The translations under genes and the position numbers were made by a program. Below the pieces are notes generated by a model. The model saw only the letters and a program-made list of their open reading frames with translations, ran no database searches and was not told where the DNA came from. DNA of 64,000 nt from Mayamaea pseudoterrestris. Its lineage: Eukaryota. This document shows positions 11,443 through 22,764 of this stretch, one piece after another. Position 1 is the stretch's first letter. Each line of letters opens with the position of its first letter. The DNA is taken from NCBI GenBank assembly GCA_027923505.1, contig BROI01000010.1, positions 868,001-932,000 of the forward strand, written 5' to 3'.

Positions 11443-12321
11443 ATGAGTAACAACAGACTGCGATGTCTGCAAGTTATCTCAATAGTAGTTGCGCTAATGC
11501 AAAGTCGGAGTAGAGCACAAATAGATATTGTTCGGCGGAGGCTCGGCAGTAGTACTAGCTCGAGCAATAACAGCCGCAACAGGAACGGCTACAGATCCTC
11601 CTACAACAATCGCTACTACAATTCAGATAGCTCAGAGCAAAACTACTACAATGGTGCACGCGACTTTTCCGTATGTGATGACTCGGTGGTGAAAGTACTC
11701 GAGCTCTACATACTGTGTGACTCGCCATATACGTTCTACTATGGCAATGGAGCGAACCGACATTCGCCGGTGTGCAACTATGGAGATAGAATTTCCTTTG
11801 AAGTGCGATTTCAAGTCCAGGACGATATACAAGAGAACGAACCAATATATGCGACAATAGCATTATACGACGACCAGGGAAACTTCTTGTCGTCGACTGA
11901 TCCGACCAATCTTTGCAACGAGTACGTTGGCAGCGACTGCACGTATGCGGGCTACTACAAGTTTTCCTCGCGCATGCGACTGCCCTATCCATCATCAGAT
12001 GGAAGTTACACAGAGCGATTTCTTCCGCAAATGCATGTTGCCTTTTCCACAAGGGAAGACTCCGGCTATAACCTTGGCGCTATGAACATAGAATGTGATC
12101 AGTGGAATGACATCACAGACGGAGCAACATGGCTTGCAGACAGGCCGCAAAGGTCTCGAATGGAAGGACTAGTTTTGAACTACGGGATGCTTATACTATC
12201 GTGCACCATGCTAATGTCCTTGGCCTACTGTTTGTGGCGACAAGCCAGTCATCAACGAATGGCTAACGGGAACGCGAATTTACTGTTAGAGAGGCAAACC
12301 TGCTTCATTGCACTAGATTAA
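11443..12321 (+). CDS. Cys-rich type I membrane protein of unknown function (ML/NPC2-like fold suspected) with RXL motif; paralog of 12734-13531
   Basis: Hydrophobic N-terminus, RRRL followed by an N/S/Y-rich stretch, FSVCDDS..LYILCDSPYTFYYG..RHSPVCNYGD, and a C-terminal TM helix with short tail. Confidence 0.7.
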   Translation: MSNNRLRCLQVISIVVALMQSRSRAQIDIVRRRLGSSTSSSNNSRNRNGYRSSYNNRYYNSDSSEQNYYNGARDFSVCDDSVVKVLELYILCDSPYTFYYGNGANRHSPVCNYGDRISFEVRFQVQDDIQENEPIYATIALYDDQGNFLSSTDPTNLCNEYVGSDCTYAGYYKFSSRMRLPYPSSDGSYTERFLPQMHVAFSTREDSGYNLGAMNIECDQWNDITDGATWLADRPQRSRMEGLVLNYGMLILSCTMLMSLAYCLWRQASHQRMANGNANLLLERQTCFIALD

Positions 12322-12733
12322 ACGCATCCAGACTGCATATAACCCAATTGTACAGTATATAACTACATTGTCTTTCCTTGAATAGGTATTTGCATGTATG
12401 CATACAGTACGACGTCAATTGAATGCTGGAGTGTGCGGCACAGTAGCTAGGAAAGTAACCCGGTGTAGCAGCCGCCGGCCGAGTCGGCGAACGCGTTCGT
12501 CGCTCACATTATCGCCACTCACGAGAACGAGGTGCAACAAGGCAACAACAACAGTGAAAGTCCCAGCAACTCCCAAAAAAAGAGTTGATTTTACTGCATA
12601 GCGCGACGAACGATAGTACTGTTTGTTTGCGCCTCCGCTATTATTTTCATCGTCTCATAGCTTGCGTCGGTACAGAAGCAATAGCAGCAGGTTCATCAGT
12701 TCCCTCCAAGGTTCCGACGAATCGCAGCAAGCA

Positions 12734-13531
12734 ATGGCAAATCAACTTTTTATACGGCGGAGAGCACTATGCGTACTATATGCACTAGTAATCCTTGTAT
12801 CGTCCCGAGCTGATGATGGATTCCAGCAGTACAATAGGTTCACTGTCTGCGGAAACTCGGCAATCGAGGTGCAGGATCTATCCATAGTATGCGACAGTCC
12901 TGGCGCGTATTACTATGGAAGTAACAAATATCGGAACTCGGCCGACTGCCAAGGCGGCGACAAGGTCAAAATTAGCATTCAATTTTACCTGCAAGAAGCA
13001 TTGGAAGGTGATGCCTACGTAACAATCGAGGCAAAGGGCTACGGATCCGTCAGTAGTCACGTGCTGCATCAAGCCGAGTCGCTCTGCTCAATTTCATCAC
13101 TCAAGTCGCTTGAAAAGCAAAGCTGCGGATCAATTGGCTTGTATTCCATTCAAGAGCAATTTAGCTGGTCGGATAAAAATGATGAGTACGAGTATTCATT
13201 CACGCCCAAGCTCGTCGTCGGTTTTGCTTCCAATGCGAACAAACAAGTGTATGACCTCGGCGGTGCCAACACCAACTCATGTTCCGGTGACACGTTTACA
13301 AATTGGACTAAAGGTCTGCAAAAGTCAGCGGCAAACACTATCAAGACCTTTTTTGCAACCTTTGGGATCCTCCTGGGAGCTATTTTCGGGGTGCTTGTCG
13401 TTGGATGGTGCCTGATGCGGCAAGCGAATGCTAAACCAAAGGAATTCATTGTACAAGAGCCGACAGATGAAAATGAGTACCACAAAATGGCAATGATGGG
13501 GGATCAAATGAACAATTTGGTTGACATTTGA
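12734..13531 (+). CDS. Cys-rich type I membrane protein of unknown function; tandem paralog of 11443-12321
   Basis: Signal peptide ALCVLYALVILVSSRA, FTVCGNS..LSIVCDSPGAYYYG..RNSADCQGGD, P.L.VGF..YDLG.AN..C, and TM helix FFATFGILLGAIFGVLVVGWCL. Confidence 0.7.
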   Translation: MANQLFIRRRALCVLYALVILVSSRADDGFQQYNRFTVCGNSAIEVQDLSIVCDSPGAYYYGSNKYRNSADCQGGDKVKISIQFYLQEALEGDAYVTIEAKGYGSVSSHVLHQAESLCSISSLKSLEKQSCGSIGLYSIQEQFSWSDKNDEYEYSFTPKLVVGFASNANKQVYDLGGANTNSCSGDTFTNWTKGLQKSAANTIKTFFATFGILLGAIFGVLVVGWCLMRQANAKPKEFIVQEPTDENEYHKMAMMGDQMNNLVDI

Positions 13532-14183
13532 GTCGTTGGCAGGTGTCCGTACCGGTATCATACTTGGGCTTGCCGGCGATGCCTGTTTGCGATGCAGCTT
13601 CGATGTTTTGTAAACTGGTGAACATTTATATATAGCGCGTCTTAATCTTTCTTTCCCGTCATTGGCATTTATAAAACTGTATCTCCGTCGGCTTCGAATA
13701 ACAAGGGCACGCTGTGTTTCAAAGATATCCGTGTGCAGCAATAGGCAATGACTTGACAATCACGCCAGGTCGAACGTGGATGTACCGATTCCCTCAGTTG
13801 TACGGTAGTCTTGAATCTGGCAAATCAGAGTTTCAGTTGCCCCGCTACCTCATCGCACTTTCTACCACTGACAGACCCAACTCCATCCAGATCTCAAGCT
13901 ATGTATGTACGATTGTATCAATCAGCATCTGTAGATTGTAGTACATCATGCTGGCAAGGCTGATGGATCACTGGGGATTCCTGGACTATTCCAAAAAAGT
14001 ACGATAGCTAACATAAGTAATTCGTCGTTGACTGTGAGTGACAGTATGGTCAGACCCTGGTCACTTCATTCACGAACATGACGCGACTCCACTTACCGGC
14101 TTACTAATGCTCACCAAGCACTATACCTCGAGGAAGTGCAACGACTTGCCTGTCAAGCAATTACCTCTTGGTCGCTGTCGAAG

Positions 14184-14330
14184 GTGAGCATTGAATTGAG
14201 AGCAACAGTACAGGATCTAGCGAAATGGAATTTCGATTGCAGCCTGCTGATGCAAGCAATGAAACAGTAGCGTCAAGGAATTGCTCAAATTGCTCATTTT
14301 CTCACGCATTCTGGTCTTCCATCTTTACAG
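14184..14330 (+). other. Predicted 5'-UTR intron of RPL32
   Basis: AAG|GTGAGC donor, TGCTCATT/CTCAC branch-like sites, pyrimidine tract and TTTACAG acceptor 37 nt before the ATG. Confidence 0.6.
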
Positions 14331-14367
14331 TCAAATAAGTACTTAGAATAAGTTAGTTGCAGTCATC

Positions 14368-14778
14368 ATGGCCGGTCCAGCTCCACTGAACAAAAAGACG
14401 ATTGTGAAGAAGCGAACAAAGAAGTTTGCTCGTCATCAAGCCGACTTGTTTATGCGCATTCGCGACTCTGGCTGGCGCAAACCCAAGGGAATTGATGGAC
14501 GCGTCCGTCGTCGTTTCAAGGGCGCATTACCCATGCCTTCGATTGGGTACGGATCCGATAAGGCAACCCGCAATATTCATCCTCATGGATTCAAGACTGT
14601 TGTTGTAGCCAATGTTTCCGAATTGGAAATGCTCATGATGCACAACCGAACGTATGCTGCGACTGTTGCGCACAGTGTGTCGAGTCGCGTCCGCAAGTTG
14701 ATTGTACAGCGGGCAGAGCAACTGGCGATTAGAGTCACAAATGGAGTTGCCAAGCTTAGAACTGAGGACGATGCTTAG
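14368..14778 (+). CDS. RPL32: 60S ribosomal protein L32 (eL32)
   Basis: [52 protein letters not shown] signature. Confidence 0.97.
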   Translation: MAGPAPLNKKTIVKKRTKKFARHQADLFMRIRDSGWRKPKGIDGRVRRRFKGALPMPSIGYGSDKATRNIHPHGFKTVVVANVSELEMLMMHNRTYAATVAHSVSSRVRKLIVQRAEQLAIRVTNGVAKLRTEDDA

Positions 14779-14878
14779 ATACTCGACGAATATAAGACAA
14801 ATACAGCAGCATGAGCACGATGTATGATTATACTAACGAGTGAATCGAAGTCATTGTTGCATTGTACTTTCTCGAACT

Positions 14879-15626
14879 TTATTCCATTGGTTGTAGCTTG
14901 TTTTCGTATTCGGGCCGGTCTTCCATGGACATTGATAGTGGAACGTGTATAGCTAATCGTTCCAAAATGGCATCCAGTTTGGCGTCCACTTGCTCGAGTC
15001 GATCCAAGGTCGCTTCGGCCATGCGTACCTGCGCAGCGTCACCCCGTTGACGCATTCGATGCTTTAGCTCCAACACAATCTCATCGACTCGTCGTTCGTC
15101 GCAGCCGCATCCCGGACTAATTGCTCCCAAAGCGGACTCGACTGAAACGCAGCAAAGGCAATTGCCTCGATCGACGCTTCCTAGTTCAGCATATGGACGT
15201 TTCGACGTATGAGTTCCGCACAAATCGCTGATGGAAATGTCGTAAAATAGTAGTAAAAGTGAGAGAAGATCGAAAGAACAGAGAGCATATTGGTAAACGA
15301 GCGAAACACAAGGTTCGTCGTCATTTGACAGAATACAGAATCACTCACTGACTACTCACTCGTCAGTCTTGGTCACCTCCTCTCGTCCAAAATAAATCTT
15401 CGTCCGATATGGAACTGAGCCAAACGTGCATAACACCGTGCTTAGCCAGAAACTGGAGGAAGTGAAATTAAACCGCAGGTCAGAAAGGAGTGCTGCTGCA
15501 ACATCTATTTTCTACAACGTTCGACATGTCATGAGAAGTGGACTGGGCGACTCACTATAAATTCGTACTGGCATCAATCTCCTTGTCTGGGATTGCTTCC
15601 ACCTTTTCACTGTTCATATCGTCCAT
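14879..15626 (-). CDS. Small Cys-rich protein of unknown function; exons 15626-15556, 15452-15360, 15227-14879
   Basis: CACCATG start. Two GTGAGT..CAG introns (15453-15555, 15228-15359) give a continuous frame MDDMNSEK..STNLYFWLSTVLCTFG..TDDDLCGTHTSKRPYAELGSVD..CLCC..ISPGCGC, with a C-terminal coiled coil. Confidence 0.75.
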
Positions 15627-16021
15627 GGTGTAACGTAACCAAGCTGTTCAAGATTGACTTAACAGTAAAGCACGCGCAAGTGTCACCATGGTGGAGTTGC
15701 AGTGAAATCGAGTGTCAAGTCTTAGCGGTAATCGTGTCGCAGCGTTTGTTTTCTGCACGCACGGCGAGCTTTGACACACGCCGGCATGCCATTGAAACGC
15801 ACATCAGCGATGCGCGCCTCGACCACGCGCTGCGAAAGAACATTGATCGGTTGAAACTCTTTCAGCGAAACAGTTCTTGTAACTGGATGCTTGACCCGCT
15901 TGTTAGCTACGGTTGAACAGTGAACTTGTTCTTCCATATATCCCTGTCAACTGAGGGTTGAAGAAGGGACGTGACAAGCAACGAGTCTACCACCACCGAC
16001 AATCATATCGCACATTGCACC

Positions 16022-18310
16022 ATGGTATCGACGCGCAGCCGATCCACCGCAGCGAGTAGCTCGGGCAGCAGTCGCATGCCCATTGATGCGGAAGGACAAC
16101 GGGGAGCTAGAATGCAGCGAAGTAAAGATGAACCAGAAGTAGAAATTGACGGAAAGGTGGTTCTTTTTGGAAAGCCCGTACTGACAATTGAAGACGGAAT
16201 TAAACAAGAGGAGGATCAGGAAGGCAAAGCAGCGTCGCGGTCTACACATGAGTCAGTGCGCCCCGCAGATGATGATGACAAGCGTGATCCAGTGTTGGAA
16301 GCATTGGAAGAAAGAAAAGTGGACGATGCTAAAGTCGAGCTTAGCGGGTGCGGATGGAGCTTATGTGTCACGTCCGACAGGCCAGATGATGCGAAAACGA
16401 ACAGGGCTAATATTGGACCATTCGGTTGGTGTGGCTCTAGCTCGGAGGAATTACCTGTTGAGGAGCTAGCGGCGAAGATTGCCGTGCCAATGGAGACATG
16501 CAAAGACGACAATACGACTAATCCAGCCGTTGTCACAGCAGTTGTATCACCTCCTACAACAAACGTAGACTCGCCAACATGGACAGGCATGTTCGGATGG
16601 CCGTCATCGCCTTCCTCGCAACAAGATGGTACAGACAAGGGAGATGACGAATCGACAGTCGATGGTCGTCTATTTGGTGAGCTCAGGTCACTGCCTTCAA
16701 TAAATGGCGACGTGACAATTGACGGCAACAGCATTCAATCCACCGACTTTGATGGCCAAGACGACCATTTGCAATTCCATTCCGATTTCAACCAGAAGGT
16801 GCAAGACATTATCGTGAGCAAGGAAGCTTCTCCGGAGCGCATGGACCAATCGTCCTCTACAATCATGTATCGCCGACGCAGCGGAGCGGAAGAGATGAGT
16901 GCAAATAATCGACGACAAATGCTGATAAAGGAATTACGATCGGCGATCGCGACCTATGGACGGTTCGACCTTAAATGTGCAAATGTAAGCGCCGCTTTGG
17001 GTGATTTGCTCAGCGAGACGGATGAGCACGAGCAAGCAGTCAAGCTGCATAAGGATGCCGTTTCCATTTACTCGGTCAAGCTTGGCGATGATCATTCGAC
17101 TACGATTAACGCCAAGTTTCGCTTGGCGACAGTACTTACAGATGCCAAGGAGTTCGACGATGCCATTGCCACTTACTACAGCGTCATTGCCATGCGGCGG
17201 GCGCTCAAAGGCGACAAGGACCCATCCGTGGCGGAAGGACTTGCTCTCATGTCCCAGTGTCTCAAGCGCAATGGAGAGTACCAGCAAGCCATCAAGGAGC
17301 TCAAGAGAGCGCTCAAGATCTACAGAGAATCTCTCGGCGACTCGAACGATAATGTTGCGCGGACCGTGGATGAAATTGCATCACTTTATGTGACACTTGG
17401 TGATTTTGAAAAGTCGGCTGCCATTCTGGAGGAAGTCGTCAAACTCAAAGCAGCGACGCAGGGCATGCAAAGCAAGGCCGTCGCAGAAACTTTACTTAGT
17501 CTGGCCATGACGTACGAATGCTCCGAACAATTTACGCAGGCGATGAAGTCACTGAAGAAGGCTTACAAGGTTTATACAGAAATAGATGGCTATTCTTCGG
17601 AAGACGCTACATCAACTCTCAAGAAAATTGGGTTGCTGTACGAAGCCACTGGTGACTACAATAGGGCATCCATTGCATTTCTCGGAGTACTACGTGGACA
17701 AAAGATTCATCTTGGAGAAGACAGCCTACAAGTGGGCGAGACATACTGCAAGCTCGGTCATTCTCTGCGCCACACTGGACAGCTTGAGAAGGCGCTAAAG
17801 TGCATGAAAGAAGCTTTGCCCATTTTTGTCGGCAGAGGAGTCGAAATGCACGATGTGGAAAAGATCGCCGAGATTATGCATGAGATGGCTCTCATTTACA
17901 AGGAGAAGCGACATTTCAGTGAGGCTGCACGGATATTCAAGCAAGAGTTGTCCGTCAGGCGCAAAATTGGCCAACCTGAGTACCCTTGCATCGCTCGGAC
18001 GTTGAATCTCCTCGGCGTTACGGAGTTTGAAATGAGAAACAATAGCCGTGCACTCAAGTTTCTCGTTGAATCGTTGACTATTTACCAGCAGGAACGCAAC
18101 GGAATGAATATTGAATGCGCCGAAGTTCTCTATAATACCGGCTTAGTATTTAACTCGGTTCGAAACAGCAATCGAGCGCTAGAGGCCTTTACGGAGAGCC
18201 TTCGGATTTTCCGGGAACGAGGATTGTTGGAGAACGACTCGCGCATCGTTCAAACTGAGCATGAAATTTCAAAGATTCGGCAAAGCACCAACACACGCCA
18301 ACCAAGATGA
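16022..18310 (+). CDS. Tetratricopeptide-repeat protein (kinesin light chain / nephrocystin-3-like TPRs)
   Basis: Acidic, low-complexity N-terminus followed by about 10 ~42-aa repeats (A..L..LG....G.Y..A......AL.I....LG..H..VA). Confidence 0.85.
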   Translation: MVSTRSRSTAASSSGSSRMPIDAEGQRGARMQRSKDEPEVEIDGKVVLFGKPVLTIEDGIKQEEDQEGKAASRSTHESVRPADDDDKRDPVLEALEERKVDDAKVELSGCGWSLCVTSDRPDDAKTNRANIGPFGWCGSSSEELPVEELAAKIAVPMETCKDDNTTNPAVVTAVVSPPTTNVDSPTWTGMFGWPSSPSSQQDGTDKGDDESTVDGRLFGELRSLPSINGDVTIDGNSIQSTDFDGQDDHLQFHSDFNQKVQDIIVSKEASPERMDQSSSTIMYRRRSGAEEMSANNRRQMLIKELRSAIATYGRFDLKCANVSAALGDLLSETDEHEQAVKLHKDAVSIYSVKLGDDHSTTINAKFRLATVLTDAKEFDDAIATYYSVIAMRRALKGDKDPSVAEGLALMSQCLKRNGEYQQAIKELKRALKIYRESLGDSNDNVARTVDEIASLYVTLGDFEKSAAILEEVVKLKAATQGMQSKAVAETLLSLAMTYECSEQFTQAMKSLKKAYKVYTEIDGYSSEDATSTLKKIGLLYEATGDYNRASIAFLGVLRGQKIHLGEDSLQVGETYCKLGHSLRHTGQLEKALKCMKEALPIFVGRGVEMHDVEKIAEIMHEMALIYKEKRHFSEAARIFKQELSVRRKIGQPEYPCIARTLNLLGVTEFEMRNNSRALKFLVESLTIYQQERNGMNIECAEVLYNTGLVFNSVRNSNRALEAFTESLRIFRERGLLENDSRIVQTEHEISKIRQSTNTRQPR

Positions 18311-18804
18311 AGCAAGCAGCGCACTAACCCTCTAACCAGTTTACGCCTCATCCTTTAAAAAATGACTAGTTTGGATGATTACGCTCAATTATCTCGTGTT
18401 CCTACTTGTCCCAAAACCCGCCTATGTAATTACTACCATAACTTCACCGCGGGAAAAAACTGTACCAAGTTGTGACTATCCAGTGACTAAAATTGACGCT
18501 ACTTGTATTCTCGGACGACCAAACTCAAAGTCAGAAACTAAAGTAGCACACCTTTGTTATTGTTACGTCCACAGTTCTCCTATGGCCTACTTCGCATGCG
18601 ATTTGCTTGCTGGATTGATGCAGTCAAGCATAGTGCCTTCGACGTCATCCCACGGTAATACTTTTATCAGGACTGAATGGGAAATTGTCTCGACACACTA
18701 ACTTGTCTACTGTAGGTAGTTAACTGCAGTGTTTCGTATCATAGCATGTCAAGTAGAGAGGCTTTACAAAATAAGTGACTATGTCTGAGACTAATATTTG
18801 CTAT

Positions 18805-19254
18805 TTACTCTTCGTGTGTGCGAAAGACAGTTCCAGCGATTCGGTCCAAATCCTGCTGTCCCACCGTCGTCATTCTTCGTCCACCCGACGAAAGTGTTTC
18901 GCAAACCTTCATTTCGGTCAGCTGGGTCAAGACTGATCGAATGACTCCAGAACTGGCCTTTCGAAAGTGCTCCGACCGCGTCCCGTTCCGGTACGAGCCG
19001 CCGTACCACTTTTGCAGCTGACCGATTCCAATCCCTGGACGCAAGTATACTTTGCGAGCAATACTGGCCGCTCGAATGTAGTACCAGTCATCTCCGTATG
19101 GAGCAAGTTCCTTGGCGACGGACGTCTTGATCGTATCGGCCCAAACCGGAAGGTCAAACTTGTCAGAGTTCTTCAAGTGCTCGGCGTACGCCTTGATGAA
19201 ATCAGTCGCTGAAACGTCTCGGACGCATACTCCACGGGCTTCTTCGTCCGCCAT
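18805..19254 (-). CDS. RPS19: 40S ribosomal protein S19 (eS19)
   Basis: VRDVSATDFIKAYAEHLK..KELAPYGDDWYYIRAASIARKVY..GQQDLDRIA signature. Confidence 0.97.
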   Translation of the reverse strand: MADEEARGVCVRDVSATDFIKAYAEHLKNSDKFDLPVWADTIKTSVAKELAPYGDDWYYIRAASIARKVYLRPGIGIGQLQKWYGGSYRNGTRSEHFRKASSGVIRSVLTQLTEMKVCETLSSGGRRMTTVGQQDLDRIAGTVFRTHEE

Positions 19255-19272
19255 TTTAGATAGTCCTTATTA

Positions 19273-19444
19273 CTGAAACAATGAGCAAAAACGGAATGTG
19301 AGCGGCGAGTGTGAAAGCGAAAACGATGGATTCAGCAAGCCGTCCTGCATCATCAATCTTTGCTTGCATTGACTGCATTCTAGATTCTCCTCGTTGATAG
19401 CCACTCTCTCACTTCTCTGTGATGCGCAGAAGACGCCAACATAC
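19273..19444 (-). other. Predicted 5'-UTR intron of RPS19
   Basis: TAG|GTATGT donor, TGCTCATT branch-like site and TTTCAG acceptor 18 nt before the ATG. Confidence 0.6.
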
Positions 19445-19774
19445 CTAAATCACAAGCAGCAAGGCGAGAGAGCAACGAGTTGATGCAGACGACGAAGGAG
19501 CGGTTGAAGAACTTCAAGTAAGACCGGTAAGTTGAAAAGTCGTTCCGTTATTGATGTTTGAAAAGATTCATGTCGTTTCGGTACTAAGCCGCATTGCGAC
19601 CATGCGGAAAAACCTCGACGCCGGACACAACATCGAAGCTGCCACTAGCTCATCGGCTCATCCAATTCAGTTTTAAAAGTATGAGCAAAGCCATGAACAC
19701 TTGCTCTACTGGCTTGTTTGAATCGTGAAAGAGTAACATATCTGGGTGGCGGATAAATCCATTTTCTGAGCGTC

Positions 19775-21176
19775 ATGACGTCGTTGTCTTCGGCAAACGC
19801 AAAGCCAGACGCCTTCACGGACGCGGAGAACCGACGCATGTCTCTCTTTAATCGCTACGCGACGTTAGGAGATGAAGCCAGTGCCATGCGCAAGCGCCGG
19901 AAAGCTCTTGAGGAGGAGATGGAAGCAATTCAGAACAAGCAAGTTGCACTTGACCATGAACAAGTTCGACTTGGTCGAGCCGCGCAAGCGGCGCAAGCAT
20001 CGACGGAAACGTTTCACGGCAAGATTCGCAAGCTTCAAACAGAACATCAGCAAGTCAAGGACGCCATGGATGAAGTAACAATTGCTCGAGACGCGGTTCG
20101 TCGTCGGCGCGACAATATGCAAAGCGAAGGCCGCTTGGAGCGAATTAGATTTTTGGAGTTGTCCAGAGAATTTCGCGCCAGCTGCAAGCGTTTACGAGCG
20201 TCGGCCTTGGCTTGCGGTTTGGAGCAAGCATCAATGCAAGCGTACTTGGAGACGAATGGAGTAGACATTCACAGTCACGATCATGTCGACGACGATAAAG
20301 TCATGTTAGATGATGATGACTTGGATGACGACCCAGCAACCTGGAAGATCGAATCGAATGATAAAGAATTAGCTAAACGACTTGAAATATACACGAATAA
20401 GAAGCAATTCAACGACGAGGCGAGTGACAAGGTTCAGCGGGCAGAAGCTGCCAAGCAAGTCATTTGGAAGCAGCTTCAGAGTCGACAGGCGCAGGAGGAC
20501 AATTTACAAGGACAGGCCGAGCGCATTGCCAAGGATAACGCAGATTTGGAGCAACAGATTGAAGAAATGCAACGATTGACACGAGACGTCGAGCAGAAGA
20601 AGGCAAAGATGCTGCGACAACGTACGTATCACGTTCAAAAATTCAAGTATACATGTTTTGTTCGCGAGGTTGTTCCACCTTGTCAATGCGTATTTCCCTC
20701 GCTAAACGTCATCTTTCTTGATAGGATCCATTACGAACCCTTACGCACAAAAGAAGAATTCATCCGTGACGCCCTCTCCTGCGATGACGGCGCGCTTGGG
20801 TAACAGCGCAAAACGTTTCAACTGGTCTGCCACACACGGCAGTCAACGTGACGATCATGATGTTCGTTGCAGCATAAATACCCTGTCGGACGAGCAGCGG
20901 TACCACATTGAAAGCGTCGCTTTGGGAGCAAGCAGTGTCAGCTTATCGAGTCGCCACCAAACTGTTGGAGGAGGAAAACGACCTCGGCGCAACCAGACCT
21001 TTGGATCACGCCTACAGGTTGACGGTGATGCTCTACCAGCAGCGTTTAGCCAAGATATGGATGGAACAGCGACTCCGCAACGTGCGACGAGTGTCTTGGA
21101 TGACGACGACGATGATGACGATGATGATGGAGCGTTGGATTTTGTCGCATTTGGCGGCAAAAAATCGGCCAAGTGA
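19775..21176 (+). CDS. Coiled-coil hypothetical protein; exons 19775-20621, 20725-21176
   Basis: Long heptad-rich ORF. Intron 20622-20724 (GTACGT..CTAAAC..TAG) joins in frame to the 20718 ORF; poly-Asp tract near the C-terminus. Confidence 0.65.
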
Positions 21177-21297
21177 ATGAATTACTGTGCACTAATGATG
21201 GGCGTCTACCACAATTCGCTCAAAATACGTATCATAATTATAATCATGTATATCAATATGTATATATAAGACATGCTGCTAGTAAAATGTTGCTATC

Positions 21298-22479
21298 TCA
21301 TTCTTGCCGTGGGTATCCATTTCGATGAAGGAGTTCATCCAGCAAGTGCCGCCATTTGGCTCGTTTAGATGGTTCATCTGCTTGCACTGTTGTTGGTCGA
21401 TAACTCCAAAACTCGTCAAAGGCACTGCCTCCTTTGATGCCCATTTGGATAAGAATGCTTGATATGGGGTATATGAGTCGCGTAGAGGATGTGATGATGA
21501 CTTCCTCCCATTGGTCAACTTCGCTCAGCAAAATGGGAGACGGATCAAGTCGCAGTCCACAAGCTGGTGCGCATTCCAATACAAGGTTCCGCACGTACCC
21601 AGACAGGACATCATGTGGTGCAGTTCGAGGCGAACCATCTTTGTAGACGACCAGGACGTTGCTGGAGGAACCTTCCAAAAGCTCCATCTCGTTGTTTTGA
21701 AGCGGCCGTACCATGAGGACTTCTGCGACGCCGGCTGGCTTGTACGCAAGCGGCTGCTCCATCTGCTGTCGTAGACGCGTCCAGGAAGCAATTTTGCATT
21801 GTGCATTGTGGGATCGAGTTGGCATATGGTCGTCAATGGAAATATGGTGTTTGTCGTCGCAACGAGCTGCAATGGCGGCGACGATTGGCTGAACGGACGA
21901 TCGAACGAACATGGGTTTCGCCGTGCTGCAGGCATGTCCTCGAACGATAATTCCTGATAAGTTATCCAAAGACCACAATAGAGTCAATCGAATAAGCTGA
22001 ATTTCAACGTCATCATTGTTGCTATCCCTCTTATTAAAAGGCACATCGAGTAGGATTACGGAAGATTCGGCTTGAGCTAAAAGATGCTTGATTATGGTCC
22101 GCGACTGCTGCAAAGCTCGATCGAATGATACATTTTTGTATTTATCATTCAGCAATGCTCGGAATGAATTTTGCAGTCGATTTATATGGAATTCTTCGCC
22201 CCATATTCTCCATCTATCCTTCGAGTCTTGGTCGCTGCCATTCAGTATAAAATCGCAACGCATAGTGTCATAGGCTCCAGCTCCACCCTCGTCATCCAGT
22301 CTGTCTTCCTTGCGTTCCAAGTATTCCATCCAGCCTGGACTCGTTGTGATGTCAAGCGTGCGTCCGTCCATAATAATCCTCCAGGCAGTCACCTCCGAAA
22401 CAATCACCTCGTCGGACGCAGACGCAGCATCAATTTCCGCTACACAGCACCACCTAGACGCTGGATCATTCGACGTCAT
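21298..22479 (-). CDS. Class IV PLP-dependent aminotransferase (D-amino-acid/branched-chain/ADC-lyase-like)
   Basis: AYDTMR, FHINRLQNS, Schiff-base-region K in AQCKIASW, LLEGSSSNVLVV, VLSGYVR, EEVIITSSTR. Confidence 0.85.
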   Translation of the reverse strand: MTSNDPASRWCCVAEIDAASASDEVIVSEVTAWRIIMDGRTLDITTSPGWMEYLERKEDRLDDEGGAGAYDTMRCDFILNGSDQDSKDRWRIWGEEFHINRLQNSFRALLNDKYKNVSFDRALQQSRTIIKHLLAQAESSVILLDVPFNKRDSNNDDVEIQLIRLTLLWSLDNLSGIIVRGHACSTAKPMFVRSSVQPIVAAIAARCDDKHHISIDDHMPTRSHNAQCKIASWTRLRQQMEQPLAYKPAGVAEVLMVRPLQNNEMELLEGSSSNVLVVYKDGSPRTAPHDVLSGYVRNLVLECAPACGLRLDPSPILLSEVDQWEEVIITSSTRLIYPISSILIQMGIKGGSAFDEFWSYRPTTVQADEPSKRAKWRHLLDELLHRNGYPRQE

Positions 22480-22764
22480 TTAGCAGTACACGATGAATGG
22501 TTCGCTTGGTTACCAGTTGCGCGGGACGGAATGTTCAAAGCTACCGGTATTTGTTACTGTCGAAGCAAGAGCTGCTGTTAGTTGGGCCGAGAAAGATCCG
22601 AAATCCCATCGAAAACGTGAAGGATCGCGATGCGACTCGCACATTTAGTACCGCTATGACGTGGTGAATGCGCCGATGCCCACTCGATCGCTGACGCGTG
22701 TGTTTAGCCTTTCCTCATCATTGTACCGCCAAGTCAACTACTATATCATATATATGCATAAACA

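Noticed and set aside
19330..19356. Box C/D snoRNA in the RPS19 intron (TGATGA..CTGA on the minus strand)
   Set aside because: The boxes are only ~13 nt apart, too close for a guide snoRNA, and no terminal stem is evident.
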